Shown here one piece after another: positions 37,986-49,849 of a DNA stretch of 64,000 nucleotides (positions within the stretch are counted from its first letter, which is position 1; every line of letters starts with the position of its first letter). This stretch comes from Protoeuglena noctilucae (lineage: Eukaryota). The translations under genes and the position numbers were made by a program. Below the pieces are notes generated by a model. The model was not told the DNA's origin, ran no database searches, and saw only the letters and a program-made list of their open reading frames with translations. The stretch is from positions 1,426,001 to 1,490,000 of the forward strand of contig OY253670.1 in NCBI GenBank assembly GCA_958009085.1. The letters run 5' to 3'.

Positions 37986-40255
37986 ATGGCGACAGGCGGC
38001 ACGCCGCCCGGCATGATGCCGATCGCTCATTCCCCTGCGGCGCACGCCTCTTCGAATCTGCTGTGCGTCTCCATCCCCGCGGAGCGACAACCGTGTGGCC
38101 CGCCCAGCTCCCGGGCACCCCTGGCGCCTGTGCTGCTGCCCAAGGCGCAGTGGGAGCTGCAGCGAAGAGTGGCGGAGTTGACGCGGCTGATTGACGGGCT
38201 GAACTCTTTTCTCGTCTTCCTCCTGGAGGACTACAACGCTCGGGTCGACGATGTCCACGCCAATGCGTCCATCGCGCAGCTGACGGACGAGGACCGCGTG
38301 CGTCTCCAGGTGCGCGAGGATGCTTGACTTGTGACCACGATTGCGGCCCTGGAATGTGATTGGACGCTTCCTTCAGGGCGAGGGACCCAAAAACTGTCCT
38401 TCCCTGCTGCAGGCGTCCCATCGGCAGCGTCAGGCGGACATTCTCAGCAAGCTGTGCTTGCAAGTGGTCCGAAGCCTCATGTCGCACAAGTGGTCGTGGC
38501 CATTCAACGCGCCCGTCGACACCCAGCGGTATCCCGACTACACGCGCGTCATCACAGGTGCCGCACGTCGCCGCGGACCCCGCGTTTCCGCTGCTCCCCG
38601 CGTCATTCGCTCAGGGAATGCGGTAAGTACCCTTCACAAACGCGAGGAGTCGTCGTCCGCCTCTCACCCGGAGGCTACGCCCTGTGTTCCCAGACCCGAT
38701 CGACCTGGGGACCATCAAGACGCGGATTGAGAAGGGCGGCCACTACAAAGGCCCTCTGGAGGTCCGAGTGGACACGCAGCGCGTCTTCTCCAACGCGAAG
38801 GAGTACAACCCCCCTGGCTCGGACGTCCACATCATGGCCAGCACGCTTGCGGACCGCTTCAGGCAAGCGGGCGGTGGGCGCCGCGGCGGGCCTTTGAGAG
38901 ACCCGCGTGCGCACGACAGGCTTTCCCCTCCAACCCTGCGCCCTGTGTGTCCCCTCGGTTCAGTGAGCGCTGGCGGGAGCAAGTGCAGCCGCGCCTGGAC
39001 GACGAGAAGAGCGTGCTGGTGCAGGAGAAGGTGTCGGCCATACTGCGCCGGGCGCAGACGGCCATCGAGGGGAAGCTCATGGGCCTGGACGAGGCCGTGG
39101 CCGCCGCCCTCGCCCTCGTCGATGCTCTGGAGGCGATGGTCGTGGCGGCGCGGTGCGAGGTGCGGGGGAAGGGGACGTGTGGGTGGCAGAGGCACTCCCT
39201 GTCATGGCACGTGCCCCTCCCTTGCGGTGGTCAATGACGTGCCTATCATGGCAAATGCTTCCCACTCCTGCCATCCTCCCTCCGACCCCACGCGCGCAGG
39301 CGGCCGCGATGTGCACAGCCATGAGTGCGGCCCAGCAGGAGGTGGTCGCCAAGGCATACGCCGCCCTCCCCAGCGAACACAAGTCCATCGTGGGGTCCTT
39401 GCTGCCGCCAGGCGACCTGACCGCCCTCTTAGGCAGCCCCGGCTGCCCTCGCTCTTTGCGACCCCCCCGACGCAATCGTCGCGTGTCCATATGCGCGCCC
39501 GTGGCTCCCAACCTGTTCGCCCTGACGCACCTCGCAGGGCCCATGGGCGAGGTGCCGCAAGAGGTCGACCCCAAGTCGGTGGATGCCCTGGTGCTCCATG
39601 AGATGCTCGTGGCCATGACGGAGCTCTCCGGTGGGGCCCATGCCCCTGAGGCTGGCGCCGGGGATGCGTGCGCGGACCAGGGAGGGCCAAGCGTGGCGGG
39701 CCAGGGGCCAGCAGGCGAAGGGGGGGCGCAGGGGCCTGATGCCGGAGGGGTCAAGGCGGGGGGTCCCAAGAGCGCCGAGGGGGCAGCGGTCGCGCGGGCG
39801 TGGCAGGTTTTGGGGGAGAAGAGGCGGGCGGTGTTTGATCTGAGCGGGGTCGCCGTGGCGCGAGGAGCCGTGATGCGGGGGCGTGACGGGCGCAAGGCGC
39901 GGCGGAGGGAAGTGTCGTGGGGCCAGCAAGGTGCTTCGGGCTGGCTTTCCGCACAGTCCTCGACGATTGCCGTGGTGGACCCTTGCTTTTTTGTGGCACC
40001 CACGTGTATCCTCTGCGCCCCGTCCCCACAGCTCCGGCGGCGGCGCTGCTGGCCCTCGACCTGCCGTCCCACGTCCGCGAAGCCCTGCATAAGGCACTGG
40101 AGGACGAGGAGAGGCTCTCGAGGGCGCGGGAGGCTGAGCGGGTGGGGGCGTCGACCGAGGAGGCTGGGCCGGACGGAGAGGACGGAGCTGGCGACGGGGG
40201 GGGCGGGGATGGCGTGGAGAGTGGCATGGCGGAAGAGCCGCCGAACGGGGAATGA
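37986..40255 (+). CDS. Bromodomain protein, GTE/BET-like
   Basis: Bromodomain HKWSWPFNAPVD...YPDY...PIDLGTIK...VFSNAKEYNPPGSDVHIMA is followed by a coiled coil and a degenerate ET-like region. GC donor at 38863. Confidence 0.85.
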
Positions 40256-40636
40256 GGACTAGGCGCAGCGGGGGAGGCCTGGCTTTGGGGCGTGGCCGTC
40301 GCATTCAATCGTGTGCGGCCATGCGGGACCGCGGCCCACGCAAGCGCGGCCTTGGGCTGCGGCGGACGTGTGCAGAGCGCTGCCGCTTCCTTGGGCGCGC
40401 GCTGTGCTATGGGGCAGCTTTGCTAGCAGTAATCGTGGCAAGCTTGTGCATGGCGGGTTAAGCCATCAATCAAGGGTCCTAAATGCAGGGGAGGTATATG
40501 GCCTGACCCGCAAAGCCCTCTGGGCGACGTAAAGACGTGAGGCAGCGGGAGGCGGGGTCGAAACGGGGACGTGGGTGCGGAGTGACTGGCCGCTCGGAAA
40601 GCCGCCACCGCGCGACTCGGGGGTCGCGACGCGGCC

Positions 40637-42461
40637 TCAGTCCCCGAGCCCCTGTCGGGGTGCGACACGGAGGCCCCCGTCTGCCATGGCGCCGTTGGGA
40701 CCCAGGTGTGCAGCGCCGTTCATCAACTGCGAGGGCCAAGACAAAGGCGGAAGTTGGCGCGCAGGCGATGCAGTGGACACTCTTGGACGGGGCAGCAGAG
40801 AAGGGCGAGCCGGCAAAGTTGCAGAAGCGCTCACCTTGTGCACCAGCGGTGGGCCCCCGCCCGCGCCATTCAGCGGCATGATGGGTGGCGGCATGAGGGC
40901 GTCCGACACCCCCCCGTTGCGCTGACCACCTGCGTCTGGTGGCGACACGCCGTTGGCGAGCGGGCCGTACGCGTCGGGAGGCGGAGCTTTCCCCAAAAAC
41001 GCGCCCGCCTGCGCGTCATGCAGGCCCGCAGCGAGCGACCCAGGGTCCCCTGCACACAGGGCAGGGGAAGCAAGGTGTTCCCTGGTCATGTCACCCCGAT
41101 GCTTGCAGGCACGGCACCCTGCGGCTGGACGGCCCCGCACCTGCGCGATATCCCCCGCGGGGCAGCATCCCCGCCGCCGACCACGCCCCCGCTGCCGCCG
41201 CCGCCCCATACATGAGCTGCTCTGCCAGCCCCGCCTGCATCGCCTTGCTCAGAGGGCCCAGCTGGGCCAGCTGGGCCAGCTGTGCGCCCCGCATCTCCAG
41301 CAGCTGCTGGTACGCCTGCTTGTGCACCCCGTGCCCCAGCTGCGCCTCCCGCACCAGGAGGGCCTGCTGGTACTGCTGCAGGTGCTGCTTGGCGTGGATC
41401 AGGCTGGCGATGTACACGTGCCGCGCGCAGGGGCGGCCCCGTAAGCGCTGCAGGTTGGCCACCATGGCCGGCGGCAGGCCCATCGCCAGCCCTGGGTAGG
41501 GGAAGCCCGGGCCGGCCCCCGCCGGGGCGGGGGCCAGCATCCCCGGGGGGACCGCGAAGCCTGCGCTGGGGCCCGGGCCCGCCGCCGCGTGCGACTCGAT
41601 CCGCGAGCGCAGCCCGCCGCGCCCGCCGCCGTGCGGGTGCCCCGGCACGCCGGGAGTGTGGGCTGACGTGGACCGGGGCCCCCGCCCCCCGCCCCTCGCC
41701 GCACCGCCCCGCGTCACGGCGCCGCCCCTCGGCGGCACCGGCGGGCCCTCCGCCGCCCCGTTCGTCCCGGCCGCGGTCTGGGCAAGCTCGAAGAGCGCCA
41801 GCAGCGCGTCCTCCTCCGGGCTCTCAGCCTCCTGCGAGACCAGGGAGAGCGGACGCGGGTCCGTTCGGGGGCGCGTCGCCCGGTTACGCGGCGCGAAATA
41901 GCCCAAGAAGAGCGGCGGCGCAGGACGCGGGGCGTCTCGGGGCCCAGGCGGTCGCGGCCAGGCGATGCAGCACAGGCCGGCAGGCAAGGTGCCCCCCCGC
42001 GCACCACTGCGGCCTGCGCGTTCTCCGTGATAAAGACGACCGTCCGGGTGAGCGCCGCGCAGTCGGTGGGCGTCCTGCAGGGACGCACGGCGGGCGCGGG
42101 GTCGAAAAGCGTCCCGAGGAGACTCCTCGGCGACCGGGCGCCTCCCCGCCGGGCCCGGGCCCTACGCGCGACCGCGGCGACTCCATCGACCGGTTCGACC
42201 CCTCCCGCGCAAACCTTTTCCGCAGGGAGCGACGGCGCCTGGGGATCGAGGGTTGGGGCTCCTCCCCGTCCAGCCACGACCGCCCGCCCGGGTCGAGGTC
42301 GGTGCCCCGCCTCCTCATGACGACTCCTTGACGCAAGCTCCCCCCAACTGCGGGAAGGACAGGCGCCGGGAGCTGCGGGCTCGGGGGTCGCGTCCCGACT
42401 TCGGGACCGGGCGCTCCCGCCGCTGGCCGATGGAGCCAGCGGCAAACCCATTGGAATCCAT
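40637..42461 (-). CDS. Low-complexity protein with TIME FOR COFFEE-like motifs; N-terminal exons unresolved
   Basis: RPCARHVYIASLI..KQ resembles the plant TIC motif KRCATHxYIAxxI. There is an upstream EEDALLALFELA helix and a Q/A/G/P-rich C-terminal half. Start uncertain (42318-42461). Confidence 0.55.
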
Positions 42462-42785
42462 TGCATCTGGGGGTGCGAGGGTCGCGCCTGGCCTGCAGGG
42501 GAGGCCGCAGGTCAACGTATTGGCCCACCCACGCCCCGCACCTCACCCGAAGCCCGACGCTGCCGACGTCAATCGATAATGCAGCGATTGATGGCGCGTC
42601 GGGGCAGCGCGGGGACTCTCGAATCCCCCGAGTTTTCTGGCGCCAAGGGGAACACGAGTCGAGGCCAGTCCACCTCGACCTCGCGTATTTCGTCGCTTCG
42701 TCCACGCGACCGCGCTGCATCGCTGCATTCCCCACTCCGAGGCCGAGTTCTCGCATCCCACAACAGTGCAGCGGGCCCGCCGACC

Positions 42786-44221
42786 ATGATCGCGGCTTCG
42801 TGCATCGCCGCGACCCCGCGCGCCGCGTGCGCTGCGGCTCCGCGCCCGGCGCGCTCGATGCGGGCAGCTGCCGCGCGCTCCGGACAGGTGGGGGCCCCTG
42901 CATCCGCTCCCCGCACGTCCATGCGCAAAAACGACCACCAGGATGCCATCCGTGCCGGGGCTGGCGAGCATCCGCGGCCCTCGACGCGCCCGCGACGGGC
43001 CCTGGGTTCGTGGCTGAAGGTTCTCGCCCTCGCCGCGCCGGGCGAGAGCGCTGTCGTTCCCGCTTCCGTGGACGTCCCCTTTGCCGATGGGCGAGGAATC
43101 CGCCGCTCGAATATCTCAGCGTCTCGAGAGCCCGGTGGACCCAGCTGGCCTTTTCCGTCTGGGCACGCCTCTGCGCGCTTCCACCCTCCGCCAGCTGGCG
43201 CCCGTCGCCCTGTCATCGCATGGGATGGTCTCCATGCGCTCGTCCGCCAAGCGGGGCAGCCATCCGACGCGCCATCGCGCGCGTGCAGACCATCGCACGC
43301 GACGCGACCCCCCCTCACCCTCGCGCGCAGGAAGGCTCCGTCGCGGTCGCTGAGCGCCTCGCCGCGTCGTCGGTGATGATCGCTGCGGCTCTGTCCATGG
43401 CCGAGCCCGCCCAGGCTGCGGGGGGGGCGTACGGCATCCTGGAGGGTCGGACGGCGGCACTGGTTCATCCGGCGGTGATGGGGACGCTGTTTGTCGGGTG
43501 CGCGCTTGGCCGCCCGTCCACGACATTGACACGCATCCCGGGTGCATGGAGCTAGGTGGGATCGGTGCCAAGCGCCCAGCCACCCCCAACGCAGGATGCT
43601 CTTCTCTGCGTACACGGGGTTCCAGTGGCGGCGAGCGCGCACCATCGCGCAGGAGATCAAGGAGAAGAAGGCGCAGCTGCCGGCCCCCGACGCTGAGGGC
43701 AACACCCCGCCCTCCCCGGCCGCCGACGAGGTCAGGGCGCTGGAAGAGGAGCGGAAGAAGATCCTCGCGGGGGGGTTCCGGGACAAGCACTGGGACATGG
43801 GCAACATCCTGCTCGCGGGGGGCGTGGGGCTGGCCATCGAGGGGTGCGTCAACACCTACATGCGCACGGAGCGGCTCTTCCCGGGGCCGCACCTGTTCGC
43901 CGGGGCCACCATCGTCGCTCTGTGGGCGGCAGCCGCTGCCCTGGTCCCCGCCATGCAGGTGATCTAGCCTGAGGGGGTTCGCACCCACCCACGCGTCATT
44001 CTTGCCTCATTCTTGTTCCTGTTCGCTCCATGCATACTAGCCCCAGAGCCTGCACCCAGGCCAGCGATGTTGCCTGCCCCCCGCCTCCGCAGAAGGGCAA
44101 CGACGCTGCCCGGACGGCCCACATCTCCCTCAACGTGCTCAACCTGGCGCTCTTTACGTGGCAGGTGCCCACGGGGCTCGAGATCGTCGGCAAGGTGTTC
44201 CAGTTCACCCAGTGGCCCTGA
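42786..44221 (+). CDS. DUF4079 family plastid membrane protein
   Basis: Transit peptide followed by GILEGRTAALVHP, GFQWRRARTI, RDKHWDMG, LFPGPHLFAG, ARTAHISLN and WQVPTGLEIV. Three GT-AG introns. Confidence 0.9.
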
Positions 44222-44405
44222 TGCAGTAACGCCGCCCTTGGATGCCACGCCAGGCGTGCCACGGCCGCAGCATGCGCCCGCATAAGCATGCAATGCTGAG
44301 CTGCTGCCGCGCGTGGGGAGCCCGGGCATCCACACGAATCCCACCTAGTTTCACCGAACACCTCCCAGCCCGCGTGCGCTGGAGTCGCAATTCAAACGAT
44401 TCAAG

Positions 44406-47400
44406 TCAATAGAAGCTCCAGTCGGAGCAGTGGGTCAGATAGCCGTCGGCAATGACGGTGGCGGCCTGCATGCCCCGCGTCTGGCGGCGGCAGTGGAATA
44501 GGGACACCGACTCAGGGACGGCGGGCGTGGACGCCCCGCTCCCCCGCGTCAGCGCCAATGCCGTGGCGCACGCGCCCGGCGGCCCGTTGGCGCTCCCGCC
44601 AGCGGAGGCCGCGCCCGCCTCCTCGCGTGCCCGCGACGCCCTCGCACTCGCCACCGTGCACGCCCCCATGGGGTCTGCCACGCTCGACCGCACGCTGTCG
44701 CCCGGGGCGCCCCCCCACTGCGCCGCGAGCCCGTACCCAATCGTCGCGTGGGAGAGGACCCGCGACAGCTCCCGCCCCCACGCTGGGTCGTCCGCCCCGC
44801 ATCGCCCGGGTGACAGCGCGCCTGTCCACAGGCCCGCCGGCCCCTCGAGCGTCGGGCAGTCGTCCCCGAACCTCTCGCCGGGCGGCACGAGGGGCGCCAC
44901 GCCCCCGGGGGCCGAGAGCGTGGATGACGGCGGGGCTTGGTCCCCTCCCTGGGGGCCAGCCACGCCTGGGTTGCCGGGGGCCTCATCCACGGCAGAGTGG
45001 CACGCGTGGGAGCTGAGGAGACGCAGGCGGATGTTGTGGGCCCGCAGGACGGACATCATCGCGGCATCGAGGGCAGGGCTGCAGTGCTTGTGAGCCACGA
45101 TCAGGTCGGCGTCGGGGGCGGCGGCCAGCACGGCGTCCAGGGCGCGCCCGAGGGGCATGACGTCCCCGTCGCGGGCGACGAGGCCCGACACGAGGACCAG
45201 GTCCACCGATGGGGCGGCGGCGAGCGCCCAGGACGACGGGTCCGCCCAGTCGGCCGCAGCGACGACCGCCGAGCCCCCCGCCTTGGTGATGAGGGCCCGG
45301 TTCTGAGGGCAGGGACGGAGGTGGCACGATCAGCAACTGTCCAGGCTCAGGAACGCTGACCGATCGCCGACGACCCCACGCCCCTCGCCTTCTCCAGGTT
45401 GGCGGCCACGACACGCCTGGCGTCGGTGTCTGCTTCGGCGAGGACCACCGTCGCACCCATGACGGCGCACGTGAGGCCCACGACCCCTGTGCCTGCACCA
45501 CTCTCCAGGACGCGCAGACCCTTGCATTGGAGGTAGGGCCTGGAGAGGGGCGGGACCCAGGGCCGGTCAGGCCGCACTCTGCCAGCAGCTGTTGAGCTGT
45601 TCTGCCACCCCGCCACGGCGCTCACCTCAGGAAATTGGCGTCTTCTTCCGCGTCCCTCTCCAGGCGCTCAGCCACGTCTGCCGTGAGCCACGACTGGCGG
45701 CGGGAACGGGGACAGCGGTGATCGGGGCCTTCGTTGATGCCCTTGGGTGCGCCGTCCGCCTGAGTGGGCGCGGCCAGGTGCGCAGGCACCGCAGCAGGCA
45801 ACTCCGCGTGCACAGCGCCGCGCGACGCCGGCGGGGACGTCGGAGATGGCGTGGCCTGCGAGGGGTGGCCCGCACCCACGACGGAGAGCGACAGCCGGGC
45901 CGTGCTGGCATCATCCCCAGCCACCGTGACGCCGCACAGCTCTGTGGCACTCGTCTCAGGACCCGCAGGCGCGGCCGGCGAGGGGGGGGCAAGGGCCGGT
46001 GACGGTGTCGAGCTGGCCAACGCGACCGGCGCAGGGAGCAGTCGGAAGCACTTGAGAGGGGGGGGCGGGAAAGGAGCGGCATCCGCAGACGAGCGGCGCT
46101 CGGACCTGGGGGGCCGGGCACCCGTCCCCTGGGCTGCTGCCCCCGCCTGGGCCCACGGAGCCCCTCCCTTGCCGCCGTTTGGCCCTGCTTCCGGGACCGA
46201 GACATCACCGCAGTCGATGCCACCCCTGAAGGCGACGTCTGCGCCGTCCCCGTACAGCCCAGAGAGCCGGTAGTCCACCTGCTGGGTCACGGGCCGAGTT
46301 ACGGGACGGTCTCCCACGCTGCCCCGCCTCGGCGTGCCACTGGACCGACGCGCGGTGTTGGGGGGGCGAACGACGCTGGTGCGGCGTGAGCTCCTCGTCC
46401 TGCGATGACGGCGGGCATAGGTAGCTCGTCTTCGCTGTCGAAGCACGTAAGAGCATGAGCATGGGCATATGGGCACATCTCCCGCCGCGGCGTCCGCACC
46501 TCAGGCAGAGGAAGTCCTCGCTTCCGAGGGCGACGGCGTTGGCGCCCGGGGTCGTCGCGGCTGGCGTGAAGAGCTCCTCCAGCAAGAAAGGGTCCTTATG
46601 GTCCGCGGATCGGGGGACCGAGGAGGTCGTCCGGGACACGGACGTCGTCAGGCCCGGGCCCCACGGGGACGGGCGGGAGGTGGGCGCGCTCCCCAGGCTC
46701 CCTAGGTCCGTTGAGGGCCACGCCCCCAGGCGCGCACTCCCCGCCCGAAGTCGCCCAAGTCCGGGGGTGCTCGGGGTCCCTGGAACGCCCGTGTCGGCAT
46801 TATGCCGGCCTTCTTTTGCTGAAGATCCTCGCCGCGTGGGGCGCCGGGGGTCGCCGCCTTCGCACGCAGGGCCCGCACCGTTGAGCTCTGGTGGCTGCAC
46901 CCCCGCCCCTTCTCTCCCCACTGTCCCCACCGCAACCTCACTCGACCCCGCAGTACCCACCCCCACCTCCTCCAGCCCCGCCGCCACTGCCCCCGGCCCC
47001 AGCCGCGCATCACACGACCCGTGCCGCCCCAGCGCCGAGAGGGCGGCCTCGCTTTGGCCCCGTCCGGAGCGGCCCTCCCCTGGCTCCGGCAGAGCCTCTT
47101 TGGCGGAGGAAGACTTGCCGGCGTTCCGCGCTGTCCCCACGGCCACAGCGCCGCTCGACTCGACCCGCCGCAGCTCACGCGTCAGGTTGCTGGCCACCCG
47201 CGGGAGCCTCGCCACGGGCTGGGGACTGAGGGAGCTGATGGGGCTCGAGTGCCCCAGGCTGGAGCGCGGCACACTCTCTGGGCAGCCAGGCACCCCACCG
47301 GCGCGCTCGGGGGTGGGAAGGGCGGCCCCTGCTGCGCTGGGCGCCACGGTGCTCAGAGAGTGCGGCGTATTTGCTGCAGGCGTCGCGCAACCCCAGGACG

Positions 47401-49558
47401 CCGTACCCCGCCGCATCCCGGCGGGGGAGGTGACGGACGGGGCCGGAGTGTTCGGGGGGGTGCTCACGGCTGCGTGGAAGGTTGCCGTGGAGCGATGGGA
47501 GCCCAGGGGGTCCGGCGCATGGGCATGGCTGCCTTGGTGGCGCGTTTCCCAGAACCCTTGGTGGCGGGTGGGGGTGACGTGCATGGGCGGATGGTGTTGC
47601 GCGCGAGGGTGGAGGGCGTGGTGGCGCAGGTGGTGGGGGTGAGGTTGTGACGAGGGGTGTCCATTGCTTTTGCTGTGGCCGTGCCGGGCAGGGTTGTGGC
47701 TGGCTGAGCTGGCCAGGGTCCCCTCCGCACGTGGATGCGAGCGAGAGGAGCTTGAGCCGAAGGCCTCGCGCATGGCTGCGGGAAAACGCGGATGTGGCGA
47801 TTCACTTGCATGCACCACCATGGAATGGCGCCTCACGCTTCTGTGCCATGTGCACGCACCCCATCCATGGGTCACCTGAGCACATGAGACGCAGCTTGCG
47901 GGACAGGTCCGACGGGAAGCCTTCCGTGCCCTCCACGACCTCGTCCCAGCTGCCCTCGTCTGACGCGTCAACACCTGATTCGGACCCCGACTCAGCTTCC
48001 ACTCTTTGCCCCCCGCCTGTCCCCACGGCCCCTTCTGCTTTCCCCGTCCCCCACGCCACCGCCGCCGCCGCAGCTTCTCTGCCCTGCACCTCGGCGCTCT
48101 GCTTCCGGAAACCGAGCGCGGTCCCCCCCTCGACCACCTCCCCAAACGCCCACACCGCCTGCCGGTTCGTGTCCCACACCACACGGCCAGGCTCACCACC
48201 GCCCCTCGTCCCGTCCTCGTCCTCCGTCGACGATCGCATGCCTGGCATCGACGCGACCCGAGTCCCACCGCCCGTCCCCTGCCGCGCGAGTGCGGCATCG
48301 CGCCCCTCCTGGTTGCCGCCCACCACCCCGGGCGCCACTGCCTGGTCCGCGACGGCGAGGCCCGACCCCTGCGTAGCCGAGCTCTGCCGGTAACGGGCCC
48401 GGGAAGGCAGCGGGAGGGAGGCGCGCGCACGTGGCCCTGTCGACCCGCAGAGCTGCGAGTGGGACGCGCTGGCCCTGCGGCAAGCGGGAGACCGGCTGCC
48501 TCTGCTGAGGCCTGGGGCGGCGAAGGCGGCAGCGTTCGAGCGGGTCGCGTGTCTCGCCTGAGCTTCTCCAGGACGCTGCCCGTGATGCGGGGGTCGTTCT
48601 GTACGCTGAGCATCACGTCCCCAGACATGCGCCGCCGGCAAACACCCGCATCCTCCGACAAGGACGTGGAGCACGAGCTTGAGGGCCAGTCCGGATCCTG
48701 ATTGACGATGCCCTCGAGACGCCCCTCGTCACGGCGCCACGGACGTCGCCGCGTCGCGCCTGCCAGGTCGCTGCTCGCGGGGGCGTTGGCGTCCACGATG
48801 GCGCGCGCCAGCAGCACGCTGCAGTCGAAGTCCTCTGTGACGACTCCAGGCGCCTCTCCAGCGTCGATCGAGAGGCCCCGGACGCCGATCTGCGCGGGAA
48901 CTTGCTGGATGGTATCAGCGCAGACATGCGGAGCCAAGTTTCTGCCACAAAGCAGCCCGTGCGGCTCGCCTGGAGGCCCACATCAACTTCGTACTCTGCC
49001 GCGAGCGATTCCGCCTGCTTGAGGAGCAGCAGGGCGTCCCGTCGCGTTGTTGCCACGTCTCCTCCAGCGGCCTTCTGTGAGCGCGACTCGCGGCGACTCG
49101 CGTGAGGGAATAAACACGCACTCAATGCAGTCATTCGTCGTTTTTGGCGGCACGACTGCAAAACACACCTCGGCAGCGCGGGCCAGCGCCCGCGCGCCGT
49201 CGTGAACGCGCCCGAGCCTGAGCAGAGCCCGGCCCAGCGCCAGCCACGAATCGGCGTCGTCCGGGTTGCGCGTGGTTTTCAATTGCGTCTGCTCTCCGTG
49301 TCGAAAACCTGCCGGAAGCGGGTGCAGCGCCGGATTTCGCACGGACATCGCATCATACTTACCCACTCGAGCGCGGCTGCAGCGACATAAAAACGCCCCT
49401 CGCATGCTCAAGGTGCGACATCGAGCGATCATTGTTTCGGTCGGAGTTTCCCTGGGCGGGAGCTCCCTCACCTCGGCCGGGATGGCTGTTGCCCCCCGGG
49501 CCAGGAAGGGAAAGCAAAGCCTGGAGCCGAGGCATAGCCACCCGCACGGGGTCTCCAA
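44406..49558 (-). CDS. Large protein with N-terminal TPR-like repeat, long disordered middle and C-terminal class I SAM-dependent (METTL21/Methyltransf_16-like) methyltransferase; start uncertain
   Basis: TPR-like NPDDADSWLALGRALLRLGR, and methyltransferase motif I GLRVLESGAGTGVVGL followed by GATVVLAE and VVAANLEKN. About 9 introns join in phase, with GC donors at 48969, 48557 and 45388. Confidence 0.7.
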
Positions 49559-49849
49559 GACGAGGCAAGATATGGAGTCCGTTCTCGGCCCGCCAACTTA
49601 GCAGACACACGTGCAGATTACGCAGTGCAGCCCAGGCCCACTACACACTATAGAGGGCATTTCATGGTGCCCAGGGACACGAGATAAGACGAACACCAGC
49701 ATGGAAGCGCGTGCGGGGAACGGAGCTGATGCAAGTCGCGACGTGGTTGCCTGCGCGCCGAGTGCCAGAGATGACTCCACCAGTTGCAAGGGATCGGACG
49801 CCTTCCGGCTCTGCCATTCCTCATCCCTCTGTCGTGCAAGGGAGGCGTC

